Positions 1-9,249 of a stretch of 64,000 nucleotides of DNA are shown here, piece by piece. The position numbers were made by a program, and so were the translations under genes. Where the stretch lies: positions 128,001 to 192,000 of the forward strand of contig CAVSIV010000006.1 of NCBI GenBank assembly GCA_963728205.1, in the 5' to 3' direction. Position 1 is the first letter of the stretch. Each line of letters begins with the position of its first letter. The notes under the pieces are model-generated. The model was not told the origin of the DNA, did not search any database, and was given only the letters and a program-made list of their open reading frames with translations. This stretch comes from an uncultured Chloroflexia bacterium. Lineage in GTDB: Bacteria; Chloroflexota; Dehalococcoidia; UBA2979.

Positions 1-80
1 AGCGCCGCGGCGGGCAGGAGCGCGATGAGCACGACCAGCAGTGCCACGAACACACGAGGCGAACGGACGATGCGAGACAT
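1..80 (-). CDS. 5' end of a secreted or membrane protein (runs off the window edge)
   Basis: ATG at 80 with GGGAGGG RBS; reads MSRIVRSPRVFVALLVVLIALLPAAA, a signal-peptide pattern. Confidence 0.55.
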   Translation of the reverse strand, partial: MSRIVRSPRVFVALLVVLIALLPAAA

Positions 81-303
81 GGCCGGACCCTCCCGGGGCG
101 CTCGAAGCGGGTCGAGCGTGTCACGCGCACCGCGGCGGCCACAGGGCCGAACGCCTGTGTTGTGGCTGACGCGGGTCACGCAGCGATCGCGGCGCGGAAT
201 CCCGGGACCCGGGGGGACCAAGGCCACTCCCGCACCGGGTGCGGCGGCCCGACGATCGGGGAGAACGCGTGGCGGACGCGCTGCGCGGGAGGAGAATGGG
301 CGC

Positions 304-2676
304 ATGCACTTCGCCCCGGCCGCCCTGCATCGCCTGCGCGCCGCGCTGCGCGCGCGCCCGATGGCGCGCGACGCCGCGCTGCTCGCGCTCGCCGGAGGCG
401 GCCTCGTCGCCGGCATCGCGCTCGCGGTCTCGGGGCTCGCGCGGGCGGCCGACGTCGCGTGGGGCGCCGTCGCGGCCGGCGCGCTCCTGCTCGCCGGCGC
501 CGGCATCGCGCGCGACCTCCTGCGCCGCCGCGCCGGCGTCGACCTGATCGCGCTGCTCGCGCTGGCCGGCGCGCTCGCGCTCGGCGAGACGCTCGCCGGC
601 GCCGTGATCGGCGTCATGCTCGCCACCGGCGTCGCGCTCGAGCGCTACGCCGCCTCGCGCGCCGAGCGCGAGCTCTCGGCGCTGCTGGCGCGCGCGCCGC
701 GCCTCGCGCACCGGCTCGTGGACGGCGCGCTCGAGACGATCCCCGTCGACGCGGTGCGCCGCGGCGACCGCCTGCTGGTCAAGGTCGCCGACGTGATCCC
801 GGTCGACGGAGTGATCGTCGCGGGGCCGGTCGTGCTGGACGAGTCGGCGCTCACGGGCGAGTCGCGACTCGTGGACCGCGACGCCGGCGACGAGGTGCGG
901 AGCGGCGCGCTGAACGCCGGCGCGGCGTTCGAGCTGCGCGCGACCGCGCCGGCCGCCGAGAGCGCGTACGCGGGCATCATCCGGCTCGTCGAGCACGCGC
1001 AGGAGACGAAGGCGCCGTTCGTGCGTCTCGCCGACCGCTACGCGGCGATCTTCGTCCCCGTCACGCTCGCGGTGGCCGGCGCGGCGTGGGCGCTCACCGG
1101 CGACCCGGTGCGCGCGCTCGCGGTGCTGGTCGTCGCGACGCCGTGCCCACTGCTGCTCGCCGCGCCGATCGCGATCGTCGCCGGCATCTCGCGCGCGGCG
1201 CGGCGCGGGATCATCGTGAAGGACGGCGGCGCGCTCGAGACGCTCGCCCGCGCGACGGCGCTCTTCTTCGACAAGACCGGCACGCTGACGATGGGCACGC
1301 CGCAGCTGCAGGACGTCGTGACGGTCGCGCCGTGGACCGACGGCGACGAGCTGCTGCGGCTCGCGGCGTCGGTCGACCAGCTGTCGTCGCACGTGCTCGC
1401 GCTGGCGCTCGTGCGCGGGGCGCGCGACCGGGGGCTCGCGCTCTCGCTGCCCGCCGCGAGCGACGAGGCGGCCGGCGACGGCATCGCCGGCACGGTCGAC
1501 GGGCGGCGCGTGCTCGCGGGGAGCGTGCGATGGGTGACCGCGACCGCCGGCACCCCGGCGGGCTGGCCGGCTGTGGAGCATCGGATCGCGCGCTTCGGCG
1601 GCTCGAAGGTGCTGGTGGCGGTCGACGGCGCGATCGCCGGCGCGCTGCTGCTCGACGATCCCCTGCGGCCGGACGCGGCGCGCACCGTGCGCGCGCTCAA
1701 GCGCGCCGGCTTCGCGGAGATCGCGATGCTCACCGGCGACCAGCCGCTGATCGCCGACTCCGTCGGCGCCGCGCTCGGCGTCGACCGCGTCTACGCGCAG
1801 CAGACGCCGGAGGACAAGGTCGCGGCGGTCGCGGCGTCGAGCGCCGCGCGGCCGACGGTGATGGTCGGCGACGGCATCAACGACGCGCCGGCGCTCGCGA
1901 CGGCCGACGTCGGCGTGGCGATGGGCGCGCGCGGGGCGACGTCGTCGTCGGAGGCGGCCGACGTCGTGCTGGTCGCCGACCGGCTCGACCGGCTGGTGGA
2001 GGCGGTGCGGGTGTCGCGGCGGTCGCGGCGCGTCGCGCTGCAGAGCGTGCTGCTGGGGATGGGGCTGTCGTTCGTGGCGATGGGGTTCGCGGCGTTCGGC
2101 TGGCTGCCGCCCGTGGCCGGCGCCGTGCTGCAGGAGGGCATCGACGCGCTCGCGATCCTCAGCGCGCTGCGCGCGCTGGGCGGCGACGGCGTGACGCCGG
2201 GGCGGCCGGTGATCGACGCCGCGCTGGCGCGCCGCCTGCGCGACGAGCACCGCGAGCTCTACCCGCGCATCGAGCACGTGCGTGCCGTCGCCGACGCGCT
2301 GGGCGACCTCGCGCCGGCGGAGGCCGCGCGCGAGCTGCGCGCGCTGGCCGACGACCTGCACGCGACGCTCCTGCCGCACGAGCGCAGCGACGAGCAGGAG
2401 CTGTACCCGGAGCTCGTGGACGGCCTGCCCGGCGACGACCCGCTCGCCGCGATGAGCCGCACGCACCAGGAGATCTTCTCGCTGGCGCGCGTGTTCGACT
2501 CGCTGGTCGCGCACCTCGCGCCGGACGGGCCGGCGCCGGGGACGGTCCCCGATCTGCGCCGGGTGCTGTACGGGCTGCACGCCGTCCTCCGCCTGCACTT
2601 CGCGCAGGAGGAGGAGCTGTTCCACGCGCTGTCCGAGGACTACACGCCGACCGTGCTCACGGGCGTCGCGACCTAG
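304..2676 (+). CDS. Heavy-metal P1B-5-type ATPase with C-terminal hemerythrin-like domain
   Basis: TGES, TPCPL, DKTGT, GDGINDAPAL and QEGID motifs; C-terminal EH..HERSDE..H..HFAQEE hemerythrin pattern; start chosen at ATG 304 after GGAGGAG. Confidence 0.9.
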   Translation: MHFAPAALHRLRAALRARPMARDAALLALAGGGLVAGIALAVSGLARAADVAWGAVAAGALLLAGAGIARDLLRRRAGVDLIALLALAGALALGETLAGAVIGVMLATGVALERYAASRAERELSALLARAPRLAHRLVDGALETIPVDAVRRGDRLLVKVADVIPVDGVIVAGPVVLDESALTGESRLVDRDAGDEVRSGALNAGAAFELRATAPAAESAYAGIIRLVEHAQETKAPFVRLADRYAAIFVPVTLAVAGAAWALTGDPVRALAVLVVATPCPLLLAAPIAIVAGISRAARRGIIVKDGGALETLARATALFFDKTGTLTMGTPQLQDVVTVAPWTDGDELLRLAASVDQLSSHVLALALVRGARDRGLALSLPAASDEAAGDGIAGTVDGRRVLAGSVRWVTATAGTPAGWPAVEHRIARFGGSKVLVAVDGAIAGALLLDDPLRPDAARTVRALKRAGFAEIAMLTGDQPLIADSVGAALGVDRVYAQQTPEDKVAAVAASSAARPTVMVGDGINDAPALATADVGVAMGARGATSSSEAADVVLVADRLDRLVEAVRVSRRSRRVALQSVLLGMGLSFVAMGFAAFGWLPPVAGAVLQEGIDALAILSALRALGGDGVTPGRPVIDAALARRLRDEHRELYPRIEHVRAVADALGDLAPAEAARELRALADDLHATLLPHERSDEQELYPELVDGLPGDDPLAAMSRTHQEIFSLARVFDSLVAHLAPDGPAPGTVPDLRRVLYGLHAVLRLHFAQEEELFHALSEDYTPTVLTGVAT

Positions 2677-3086
2677 TCACGGTCGCGCGCCGGCTCGGGC
2701 TCGGCGCCGCCGGCGACGTCGAGAATCGCCTGCCGCAGCCCCGCCGGGTCGAGCTCCTTGAGGAGGTAGCCGGAGGCGCCTGCGGCCGCCGCCTCGCGGC
2801 GCGCGGCGGGGTCGTCGTGCGACGTCAGCATGAGCACGCGGGTCGACGGGAGCTGCGCCCGGATCCGGGCGCAGGCGTCGATGCCGGAGCCGTCCGGCAG
2901 GCGCACGTCCATCAGGACGACGGCCGGCGCGAGGCGCAGGGACTCGGCCTCGCCTTCGGCGGCGGTGCGCGCCTCGCCCAGGATGTCGATGTCGCCGCCC
3001 TCGGCAAGCAGCGCGTGGAGGGCGCGCCGAACCGCATCATGATCCTCGACCAGCACGACCGAGACCGCTGAGCGCCGCGGCTCCAT
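2673..3086 (-). CDS. Stand-alone response regulator receiver domain (NarL-like REC, no output domain)
   Basis: VLVEDH...LMDVRLPDGSG...LTS...GYLLK motifs. Confidence 0.85.
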   Translation of the reverse strand: MEPRRSAVSVVLVEDHDAVRRALHALLAEGGDIDILGEARTAAEGEAESLRLAPAVVLMDVRLPDGSGIDACARIRAQLPSTRVLMLTSHDDPAARREAAAAGASGYLLKELDPAGLRQAILDVAGGAEPEPARDRD

Positions 3087-3105
3087 GCGCCGCAGGCGTA
3101 CACAC

Positions 3106-3165
3106 CCCACAGCGGCGGCAGACATGCCGCCGACCGGTCGGCGGCATGTCTGCCGCCGCTGTGGG
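3106..3165. repeat. REP-like perfect 60-bp palindrome
   Basis: CCCACAGCGGCGGCAGACATGCCGCCGACC followed by its exact reverse complement; family recurs across the window. Confidence 0.9.
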
Positions 3166-3189
3166 TGGTCGCCGTGGGGACCGGCGTCG

Positions 3190-3936
3190 CTATTCGAACA
3201 GCACGCGGCGGCGGCGCGGCGCGCGGTACTCGAGCCCGAAGCGGTTGAGCGCGACGTCGCGCACGTACTGCGCGGCCGCCTCGGGCGAGTCGGTCACCGT
3301 GATGCGCTCGAGGTCGGCGACGTCGATGGCGCCGTCGGCGAGTTGCGACCGGCGCATGAACTCGAGCATCGGCGCCCAGAACTCCTCGTGCATCAGCACG
3401 ATCGGGAAGTCGCGGATCTTGCCGGTCTGGACGAGGGTCGCGGTCTCGAACACCTCGTCGAGCGTCCCGAAGCCGCCGGGCAGCACGACGAAGCCGTACG
3501 AGTACTTCACGAGCATGACCTTGCGCACAAAGAAGTGGTCGAACTCGATGAAGCGGTCGAGGTACGGGTTCGGGTGCTGCTCCTTCGGGAGGCGGATGTT
3601 GCAGCCGACGGTGCGCCCGCCGGCTTCTTTCGCGCCGCGGTTGGCGGCCTCCATGACGCCCGGCCCGCCGCCGGTCATCACGGTGAAGCCTGCCTCGGCC
3701 AGGCGGCGCCCGACGGCGCGCGCAAGCTCGTAGTGCGGGTGCGTCTCGTCGACCCGCGCCGACCCGAACACGGTCACGCACGGCCCGACGAAGTGCAGCG
3801 CGCGGAATCCTCGCACGAACTCGGCGAAGATCCGCAGCGCGCGCCACAACTCGGACCCGCGGGGCTGTGGCCCGGCGAGAAAACGGCGCTCGCCGGCGTC
3901 CGGCTCGTACTGCTCCGTCGTCTCCGGCCAGCTCAC
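3190..3936 (-). CDS. LOG family (TIGR00730-like) nucleotide phosphoribohydrolase
   Basis: VFGSAR, TGGGPGVMEAANRGA, FFVRK, PGGFGTLDE motifs. Confidence 0.92.
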   Translation of the reverse strand: MSWPETTEQYEPDAGERRFLAGPQPRGSELWRALRIFAEFVRGFRALHFVGPCVTVFGSARVDETHPHYELARAVGRRLAEAGFTVMTGGGPGVMEAANRGAKEAGGRTVGCNIRLPKEQHPNPYLDRFIEFDHFFVRKVMLVKYSYGFVVLPGGFGTLDEVFETATLVQTGKIRDFPIVLMHEEFWAPMLEFMRRSQLADGAIDVADLERITVTDSPEAAAQYVRDVALNRFGLEYRAPRRRRVLFE

Positions 3937-4018
3937 GCGCAGATCCCCTCCCGCGCCCGGACGGGCGAGGTGCGAGCGTACGGCAGGACGTCGTCGCGTC
4001 GTGCGCGGACGGACGCGA

Positions 4019-4076
4019 CCTCAGCGGCGGCAGACATGCCGCCGACCTGTCGGCGGCATGTCTGCCGCCGCTGAGG
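4019..4076. repeat. REP-like palindrome copy
   Basis: CCTCAGCGGCGGCAGACATGCCGCCGAC-CT-reverse complement; partial duplicate follows to about 4125. Confidence 0.88.
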
Positions 4077-4144
4077 GGCCGTTCGCGCACGACTTGCCTG
4101 CCGCCGCTGAGGGGCCGTTCGCGCAGAGCGTCGTCCGCGCCCGC

Positions 4145-4444
4145 TCACGCCGCCGGCTGCCACCGCGAGAGGCGCGGCAGGGTTCCGCTGAGCACGGCCT
4201 GCGCCCGGCAGATGGGCATGCCCGTGGCCCAGGACAGGCGCGCTGCGGAGACCTGCACCATCTCGTCCATCGAGAAGTCCGCGCGGAACCGCCCCAGCGT
4301 GTAGCAGAGGCCGCAGTACTCCGACGACGGCGTGCCGTCGACCTCCGTCCCGCGGTCGGTCGCGCTCGTGAGCAGGCCGCCGCACGACTGGCAGATCGGG
4401 CCGCGGATGCAGTTCCCTCCGCCCGTGCCGGGTTGAATTGTCAT
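4145..4444 (-). CDS. Putative zinc-ribbon protein (Zn_ribbon_2-like)
   Basis: CQSCG...GTEVDG..SEYCGLCY..G.F....MDEM...LPRLSRW signature. Confidence 0.8.
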   Translation of the reverse strand: MTIQPGTGGGNCIRGPICQSCGGLLTSATDRGTEVDGTPSSEYCGLCYTLGRFRADFSMDEMVQVSAARLSWATGMPICRAQAVLSGTLPRLSRWQPAA

Positions 4445-4660
4445 ACCCACCCCTGTGGAAACCTCGCTGCGCGGACCAGCATCACGGACGCGCACACGTG
4501 CGCGGAGGGACGGAGGTCCTCGGAACGCTAGGCGCAGTCGCGTAAGGGATGAGACGGCTTATGTCGTGCTTATGCGGCAGGCGGCACGATTGCTGAATCC
4601 GCGCGCGTCCCGGCGGTGCGTGATCACCGCCTACCGAGCCCGCTCTCGACAGGAGCGCCC

Positions 4661-5431
4661 GTGTCCGTTTCACGCCGGCGCCTGTTGATCGGCGCAAGCG
4701 CCCTGGTCGCGCTGGCACTCGTCGGCGCGATCGTCGCCTGGCGTGTCGCCCTGCGCGGCGACGCGCCCGCGGCCGTGAGCCTCGAGGGCGCGGTGGCGTC
4801 GCTGAGCGCGACGCCCTCCGCGGCGTCGGCGGAGCCGAGCGCGACGGCGCCCGCGGCCGGTACGGGGACCGCGGTCGCGAGGGACGGCGCGCCGGCGACG
4901 CTGGTCGGGACGTGGACGCTCGTGCCGGCGAGCTCCTTCGTCGGCTACCGCGTGCAGGAGCAGCTCGCGAGCATCGGCGCGAACACCGCGGTCGGCCGCA
5001 CGTCCGCGATCACCGGCACGCTGACGTACGACGGCGCCGCGGTCACCGCCGTCGACGTGCAGGCCGACCTCACGGCGCTGCGCAGCGACGACACGCGCCG
5101 CGACAACGCGCTGCGCCGGCAGGCGCTCGAGACCGCGCGCTTCCCCACGGCGACCTTCGCGCTCACGTCGCCGATCGCGCTGCCCGACCCGCCCGCCGAG
5201 GGCGAGACCATCGACGTCACGGCGAATGGCCGCCTCACCCTGCACGGCGTGACGCGCGACGTCGCCGTCCCGCTCCGGGCCACGCTGAGCGGCGGGCAGG
5301 TGGTGGTCGTGGGATCGCTGCCGATCGCGTTCGCGGACTACGACGTGCCGCCGCCGAAGGCGTTCGCGGTGCTGTCCGTGGACGACCACGGGCTGATGGA
5401 GCTGCAGCTGGTCTTCGCGCGAGGCGCGTAG
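4661..5431 (+). CDS. YceI-family lipid/polyisoprenoid-binding protein with N-terminal membrane anchor
   Basis: GYRVQE, AVGRT, SDDTRRD, FPTATF, LTLHGVTR; GTG start after AGGAG. Confidence 0.88.
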   Translation: MSVSRRRLLIGASALVALALVGAIVAWRVALRGDAPAAVSLEGAVASLSATPSAASAEPSATAPAAGTGTAVARDGAPATLVGTWTLVPASSFVGYRVQEQLASIGANTAVGRTSAITGTLTYDGAAVTAVDVQADLTALRSDDTRRDNALRRQALETARFPTATFALTSPIALPDPPAEGETIDVTANGRLTLHGVTRDVAVPLRATLSGGQVVVVGSLPIAFADYDVPPPKAFAVLSVDDHGLMELQLVFARGA

Positions 5432-5566
5432 CCGCGGCACGCGGTTCACGGCGCGCGGCCCGCCGCATCGGCCGCGAGCCCCGGCTCGCGGCCCGTGGGC
5501 AAGCGGTCCGCCTCGGAGCCTCCGGTACCCTCTCCGTGAGCGCGTGCGGGCACGGGAGAGCGGCGC

Positions 5567-6508
5567 ATGGACCTGTTCGGCGTGCACCTCGTCGGCGTGA
5601 CCGCGGAGAGCGGTCGCAAGCTCTTGCTCACGGCGATCTTCGTCGCGCTGTTCGCCGCGGTGCGCTGGGCCGCCCAGGCCGTCGCCCGCGCGGCGCGGGC
5701 CGACCGCGGCGGCGACCAGGCCCGCTTCTGGTCGCGGCAGGTGATCAACCTCGTCACCACCCTGTTCCTCGCGCTGGCCGTGCTCTCGATCTGGTTCAAC
5801 TCGCCGCAGCACCTCGCGGCCGCCGCGGGGCTGCTCACGGTCGCCCTCGCCTTCTCGCTCCAGCGCGTGGTGACCGCGATGGCCGGCTACCTCACGATCG
5901 TGTGGGGGCGCATGTTCTCGCCCGGCGATCGCATCCAGGTCGGCGGCGTGCGCGGCGACGTGATCGGCGTCGGCTTCCTGCAGACCACGGTGATGGAGAT
6001 GGGGCAGCCGGCCGTCGGCGCCGACCCGGCGATGTGGGTGCGCAGCCTGCAGTACACCGGTCGCGTGGTGTCGGTCAGCAACGCGCAGGTCTTCGAGGAG
6101 CCGGTCTACAACTACAGCCGGCAGTTCCCCTACCTGTGGGACGAGATCAGCATCCCCGTGCCGTACCGCTCCGATCCCGCGCGCGCCGAGCAGATCCTGC
6201 TCGAGGTCGCCGGCACAGAGACGGTGCAGCTGCGCGACATGAGCCGCGAGTCGCTGCGCGCGATGCGCCGAAGCTACTTCGTGCACATGCAGGATCTGCG
6301 CCCGCACGTCTACTACCGGCTCACCGACAACTGGATCGAGCTCACGGTCCGCTTCGTCGTCGAGGTGCGCGGCGTGCGCGAGTTCAAGGACCGCATGAGC
6401 CGCGAGATCCTGCGGCGCTTCGGCGCAGCCGGGATCCCGGTCGCGTCCTCGACGGTCGAGGTGACGCAGGTCGCGTCCGACGCCTCCCCGCCCTCCACCG
6501 CGCGCTGA
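5567..6508 (+). CDS. MscS-family mechanosensitive channel
   Basis: Three TM helices, ALAFSLQ, GDRIQVGGVRGDV, YNYSRQFPYLWDEI. Confidence 0.9.
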   Translation: MDLFGVHLVGVTAESGRKLLLTAIFVALFAAVRWAAQAVARAARADRGGDQARFWSRQVINLVTTLFLALAVLSIWFNSPQHLAAAAGLLTVALAFSLQRVVTAMAGYLTIVWGRMFSPGDRIQVGGVRGDVIGVGFLQTTVMEMGQPAVGADPAMWVRSLQYTGRVVSVSNAQVFEEPVYNYSRQFPYLWDEISIPVPYRSDPARAEQILLEVAGTETVQLRDMSRESLRAMRRSYFVHMQDLRPHVYYRLTDNWIELTVRFVVEVRGVREFKDRMSREILRRFGAAGIPVASSTVEVTQVASDASPPSTAR

Positions 6509-6594
6509 GCAGGGGTGGACCGGTAGCCGGGCACGGTGCCGGGCAGGTGGTGGCGGTCGTTACGCTTCCGGCCGCGTTCGCGCGCGCCGCGGGG

Positions 6595-7221
6595 TCAGTT
6601 CGGGCGCACGAGGAAGCGATACAGCGCGACCCCGGCCACCAGCCCGGCAGTGATCGCGTAGAGGGCGATCATCCAGGGCTGCGCGGTGTCAGTGCCGACG
6701 GTGATCCCGTGCACGAGCCCGAGCGCGAACGTGCCGAACGCCATCGCGTGGATCGCCCGCCAGGCGCCGTACGGGATCCACTTCCGCATCCAGCTCGTGA
6801 CGCCGAGCAGCGCCACGCCCCACAGCGCAAACGTCCCGAGCGCGACTGGACCGGTCAGTCGTGCCGACGCGAAGGGGATCGCCGCCGCGGCGACGGGGAT
6901 GCCCGACGTCGCGTGCGCGACGAGCGTGACGACGTGAACAACCACCGCGATGACCGCGGCGAGCGTCCACTGCTGGTGCAACTCGAAGTAGGTCGCGCGC
7001 CCGAAGCCCCCGGCGCGCGACGTCACCGCGAGCCCAAACAGCATCGACAGCGCCAGCGCCAGGTACGCGACAATTCCCGAGGCGCGCGACGCCCACCACA
7101 TCAGCGGCAGCTCGCTCGTCGCGAGTGGGGCCAGGAGCCCGGGAAGCATGGTCGCGGCGAGCACGCCGGCGGCGGCCGCCATCAGCAGCCGTGCCGGCAT
7201 CGGCCAGCTCTGCGTGTTCAC
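6595..7221 (-). CDS. Ferric-reductase-like (MsrQ-like) heme-binding membrane protein
   Basis: WWASRASGIVAY, LHQQ, VHV, WRAIH, LVHG..GTD (four His); GTG overlaps the apbE stop. Confidence 0.85.
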   Translation of the reverse strand: MNTQSWPMPARLLMAAAAGVLAATMLPGLLAPLATSELPLMWWASRASGIVAYLALALSMLFGLAVTSRAGGFGRATYFELHQQWTLAAVIAVVVHVVTLVAHATSGIPVAAAAIPFASARLTGPVALGTFALWGVALLGVTSWMRKWIPYGAWRAIHAMAFGTFALGLVHGITVGTDTAQPWMIALYAITAGLVAGVALYRFLVRPN

Positions 7222-8135
7222 CCCAGGTACCGGTCCATCTCGGCGGTCATGCGCCAGCCGCCCGCATCCTGAATCAGCGCCGCGGCGCCCGCGTGGGCGA
7301 CGGCATCGAGGCCGCGCTCGAGGTCGACGAGGAGCGTCGTCGCCAGCACGTCGGCGGTCGTGGCGTCGGCGGCGACGACGGTCGCGGTCCGCGCCGCGGC
7401 GATCGCGGGGGCACCGCGATCGGGCGCGATGATGTGGTGCGCCCAGCCTCCGCCGGGCGCGGCGCCCGGGACGGCCCAGCGGCGGTGCAGCGTGGACGAA
7501 GTCGCCACCGCCCCGCCGGCCAGCCACGCGACGAGGCCGTCGCCCACGCCGATCGGCCAGCGGGCGCTCCCGTCGCCGGGCGCGCCGCACGGACCGTCCA
7601 CGCGGATGTCGCCGCCGCCGTCGACGATCGCGGCCGTCGCGCCGGCGCCGCGCAGGTGCGCTGCGACCCGGTCCACCGTCCACCCCTTCACGATGCCGCT
7701 CAGGTCGACGAACCCCTCGCCGCGCAGCCGCACGGTGTCGCGGCGCACGTCGATGGTCGGGCGCCGCGGGTCGCCGGTGGCGCATGAGGACGGCGCGCTC
7801 CCAGCGGCATCCCCGTCCGCGTCGGCGCACGGGGTGAGCGACTCGAACGAGCGGTCGTACCCGGCGGCGATCAGCGCGGCGCCGATCGCCGGGTCGAACG
7901 CGCCGCGGGTGCGGCGATGAAAGCGGAGCGCCTCGCGCACGACGCCGGCGACCACCGGCTCGCGCAGCACACGGTCGCGGTTGAGCGCGCTCAGGGCGGA
8001 GTCGGGGCGAAAGCGCGAGAAGCGTCGCTCCTCGTCGCGCACGATGCGCTCGACGGCGGCGAGCACGCGCGGCGGCGCGCCGTCGGCCGCGACGTACCAG
8101 TCGGTGCCCATCGCACGGAAGGCGCGCTCGTTCAC
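7218..8135 (-). CDS. apbE: FAD:protein FMN transferase
   Basis: FRAMGT, FSRFRPDSALSALN, GAFDP, DLSGIVKGW, DGGGDI, ATSS, HHII motifs. Confidence 0.92.
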   Translation of the reverse strand: MNERAFRAMGTDWYVAADGAPPRVLAAVERIVRDEERRFSRFRPDSALSALNRDRVLREPVVAGVVREALRFHRRTRGAFDPAIGAALIAAGYDRSFESLTPCADADGDAAGSAPSSCATGDPRRPTIDVRRDTVRLRGEGFVDLSGIVKGWTVDRVAAHLRGAGATAAIVDGGGDIRVDGPCGAPGDGSARWPIGVGDGLVAWLAGGAVATSSTLHRRWAVPGAAPGGGWAHHIIAPDRGAPAIAAARTATVVAADATTADVLATTLLVDLERGLDAVAHAGAAALIQDAGGWRMTAEMDRYLG

Positions 8136-8689
8136 GACGCCCTCGATCGCCGCACCGGCGCGACGGGCTGAGGCGCGGGCTGTGCGGCCGCCTGCGGCGC
8201 GGCCTGCACGGGCTGCACGGGCTGCACGGGTGCAGCCCGCACGGGCGCGGCCTGCGCGGGCGCGGGCGCGGGCGCCGGGGCAAGCTGCGCCGTGCGCGGT
8301 GCGGCCTGGGCCGTGGCCGGGGCCGAGGCCGGAGCCGCCGTCGGCTGCGCGGTCGGCACGAAGAGCGGCGTCGCCGGCGTCGCCTGCACGAGCGGGGAGC
8401 GCGGAACGAGCGGCGCGCCGACGATCGGCGACGGTACGTCGGCGTTGGCCGCGGCGAAGCGCTGCTGGTCGGCGTGCGCGATGGCGAGCCACGCGGCGGT
8501 GAACGCCGCCGCCGAGGTTGCCGCCACGCTCAGGCGCGACAGCGTCCTGGCGCGATCGCCCTTGCCCCCGCTCGGCCGCGGATTCGCGGCCTTCGCGGTG
8601 GCACGGGCCGGCCGGGCCGGGGACGGGGACGGCGGAGCACCGGCGGGCGACGGCTCGAGCGCGGCCCCGTCGTCGTCCCTAGTCGTCAT
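8132..8689 (-). CDS. Hypothetical single-TM protein with Ala/Pro/Gln-rich tail ending RRSRAS
   Basis: ORF translationally coupled to apbE; one hydrophobic segment followed by low-complexity tail. Confidence 0.6.
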   Translation of the reverse strand: MTTRDDDGAALEPSPAGAPPSPSPARPARATAKAANPRPSGGKGDRARTLSRLSVAATSAAAFTAAWLAIAHADQQRFAAANADVPSPIVGAPLVPRSPLVQATPATPLFVPTAQPTAAPASAPATAQAAPRTAQLAPAPAPAPAQAAPVRAAPVQPVQPVQAAPQAAAQPAPQPVAPVRRSRAS

Positions 8690-9099
8690 CGTGCTCGCGC
8701 TCCTGCCGGGGCGTCGTCGCGCCGGAGGCGCGCTCGTAGCCGTCGTCGCCGCGGTATGCGGGCTGCGCCGGCGCCGGGTTCGGGGCGGCCTGGATCAGGG
8801 CCGGGGCCGAGTCGGCCGGCGCGGCCGGGGGCGGGGGCGACGGCGGTCGCGACCGCCGTCGGCGCGGCCTCCGGCTCGACGGCCGGCTGCGTCTGCTGAT
8901 CCTGTGCGCCGGCGGTCCCCGAGTAGACGGGGAGGACCGGGAGCACGGCCTGCGCGGTGGCCGCGGGCTGACTGGCGCTCACGGGCGTGGTCTTCGCCCC
9001 ACCCGGACCCAGCCCCGCCGTGGATGCGGTGACCGCGACGACCGCCGCCGCCACGAGGGTCCCCGCGACGCCGTACGCGAGAGCGATCGGCTGCTTCAC
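8679..9099 (-). CDS. Hypothetical exported Ala/Pro-rich protein (probable frameshift near 8825)
   Basis: MKQPIALAYGVAGTLVAAAVV signal; alternative frame gives ...GDDGYERASGATTPRQEREHDD* ending at 8679. Confidence 0.55.
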
Positions 9100-9175
9100 G
9101 TTCAGTCCCTTCTCTCCGGCCCGCGAGAGGCCGGCGCTGCCTCGTGTTCCAGCGTCGCTCCATCGGCTGTGCTGA

Positions 9176-9197
9176 CCCTGTGAGCCTGATGTGAACC
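9176..9197 (-). promoter_or_regulatory. Candidate OmpR/PhoB-type operator (11-bp period direct repeat)
   Basis: Minus strand GGTTCACATCA-GGCTCACAGGG, lying between the apbE cluster and the divergent regulator. Confidence 0.45.
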
Positions 9198-9249
9198 GTC
9201 AAAGGAACGAGCGGCACCCGGCGTTTGTTCGCCGTACCTTGAGTTTTCG

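Noticed and set aside
121-3071. Long alternative-frame and antisense ORFs (here and throughout the window)
   Set aside because: Arg/Ala/Pro-rich shadow ORFs expected at very high GC, overlapping genes with clear motifs.
4445-4660. ydaO-type riboswitch suggested by GCTGAATCC
   Set aside because: The remaining conserved blocks are absent.
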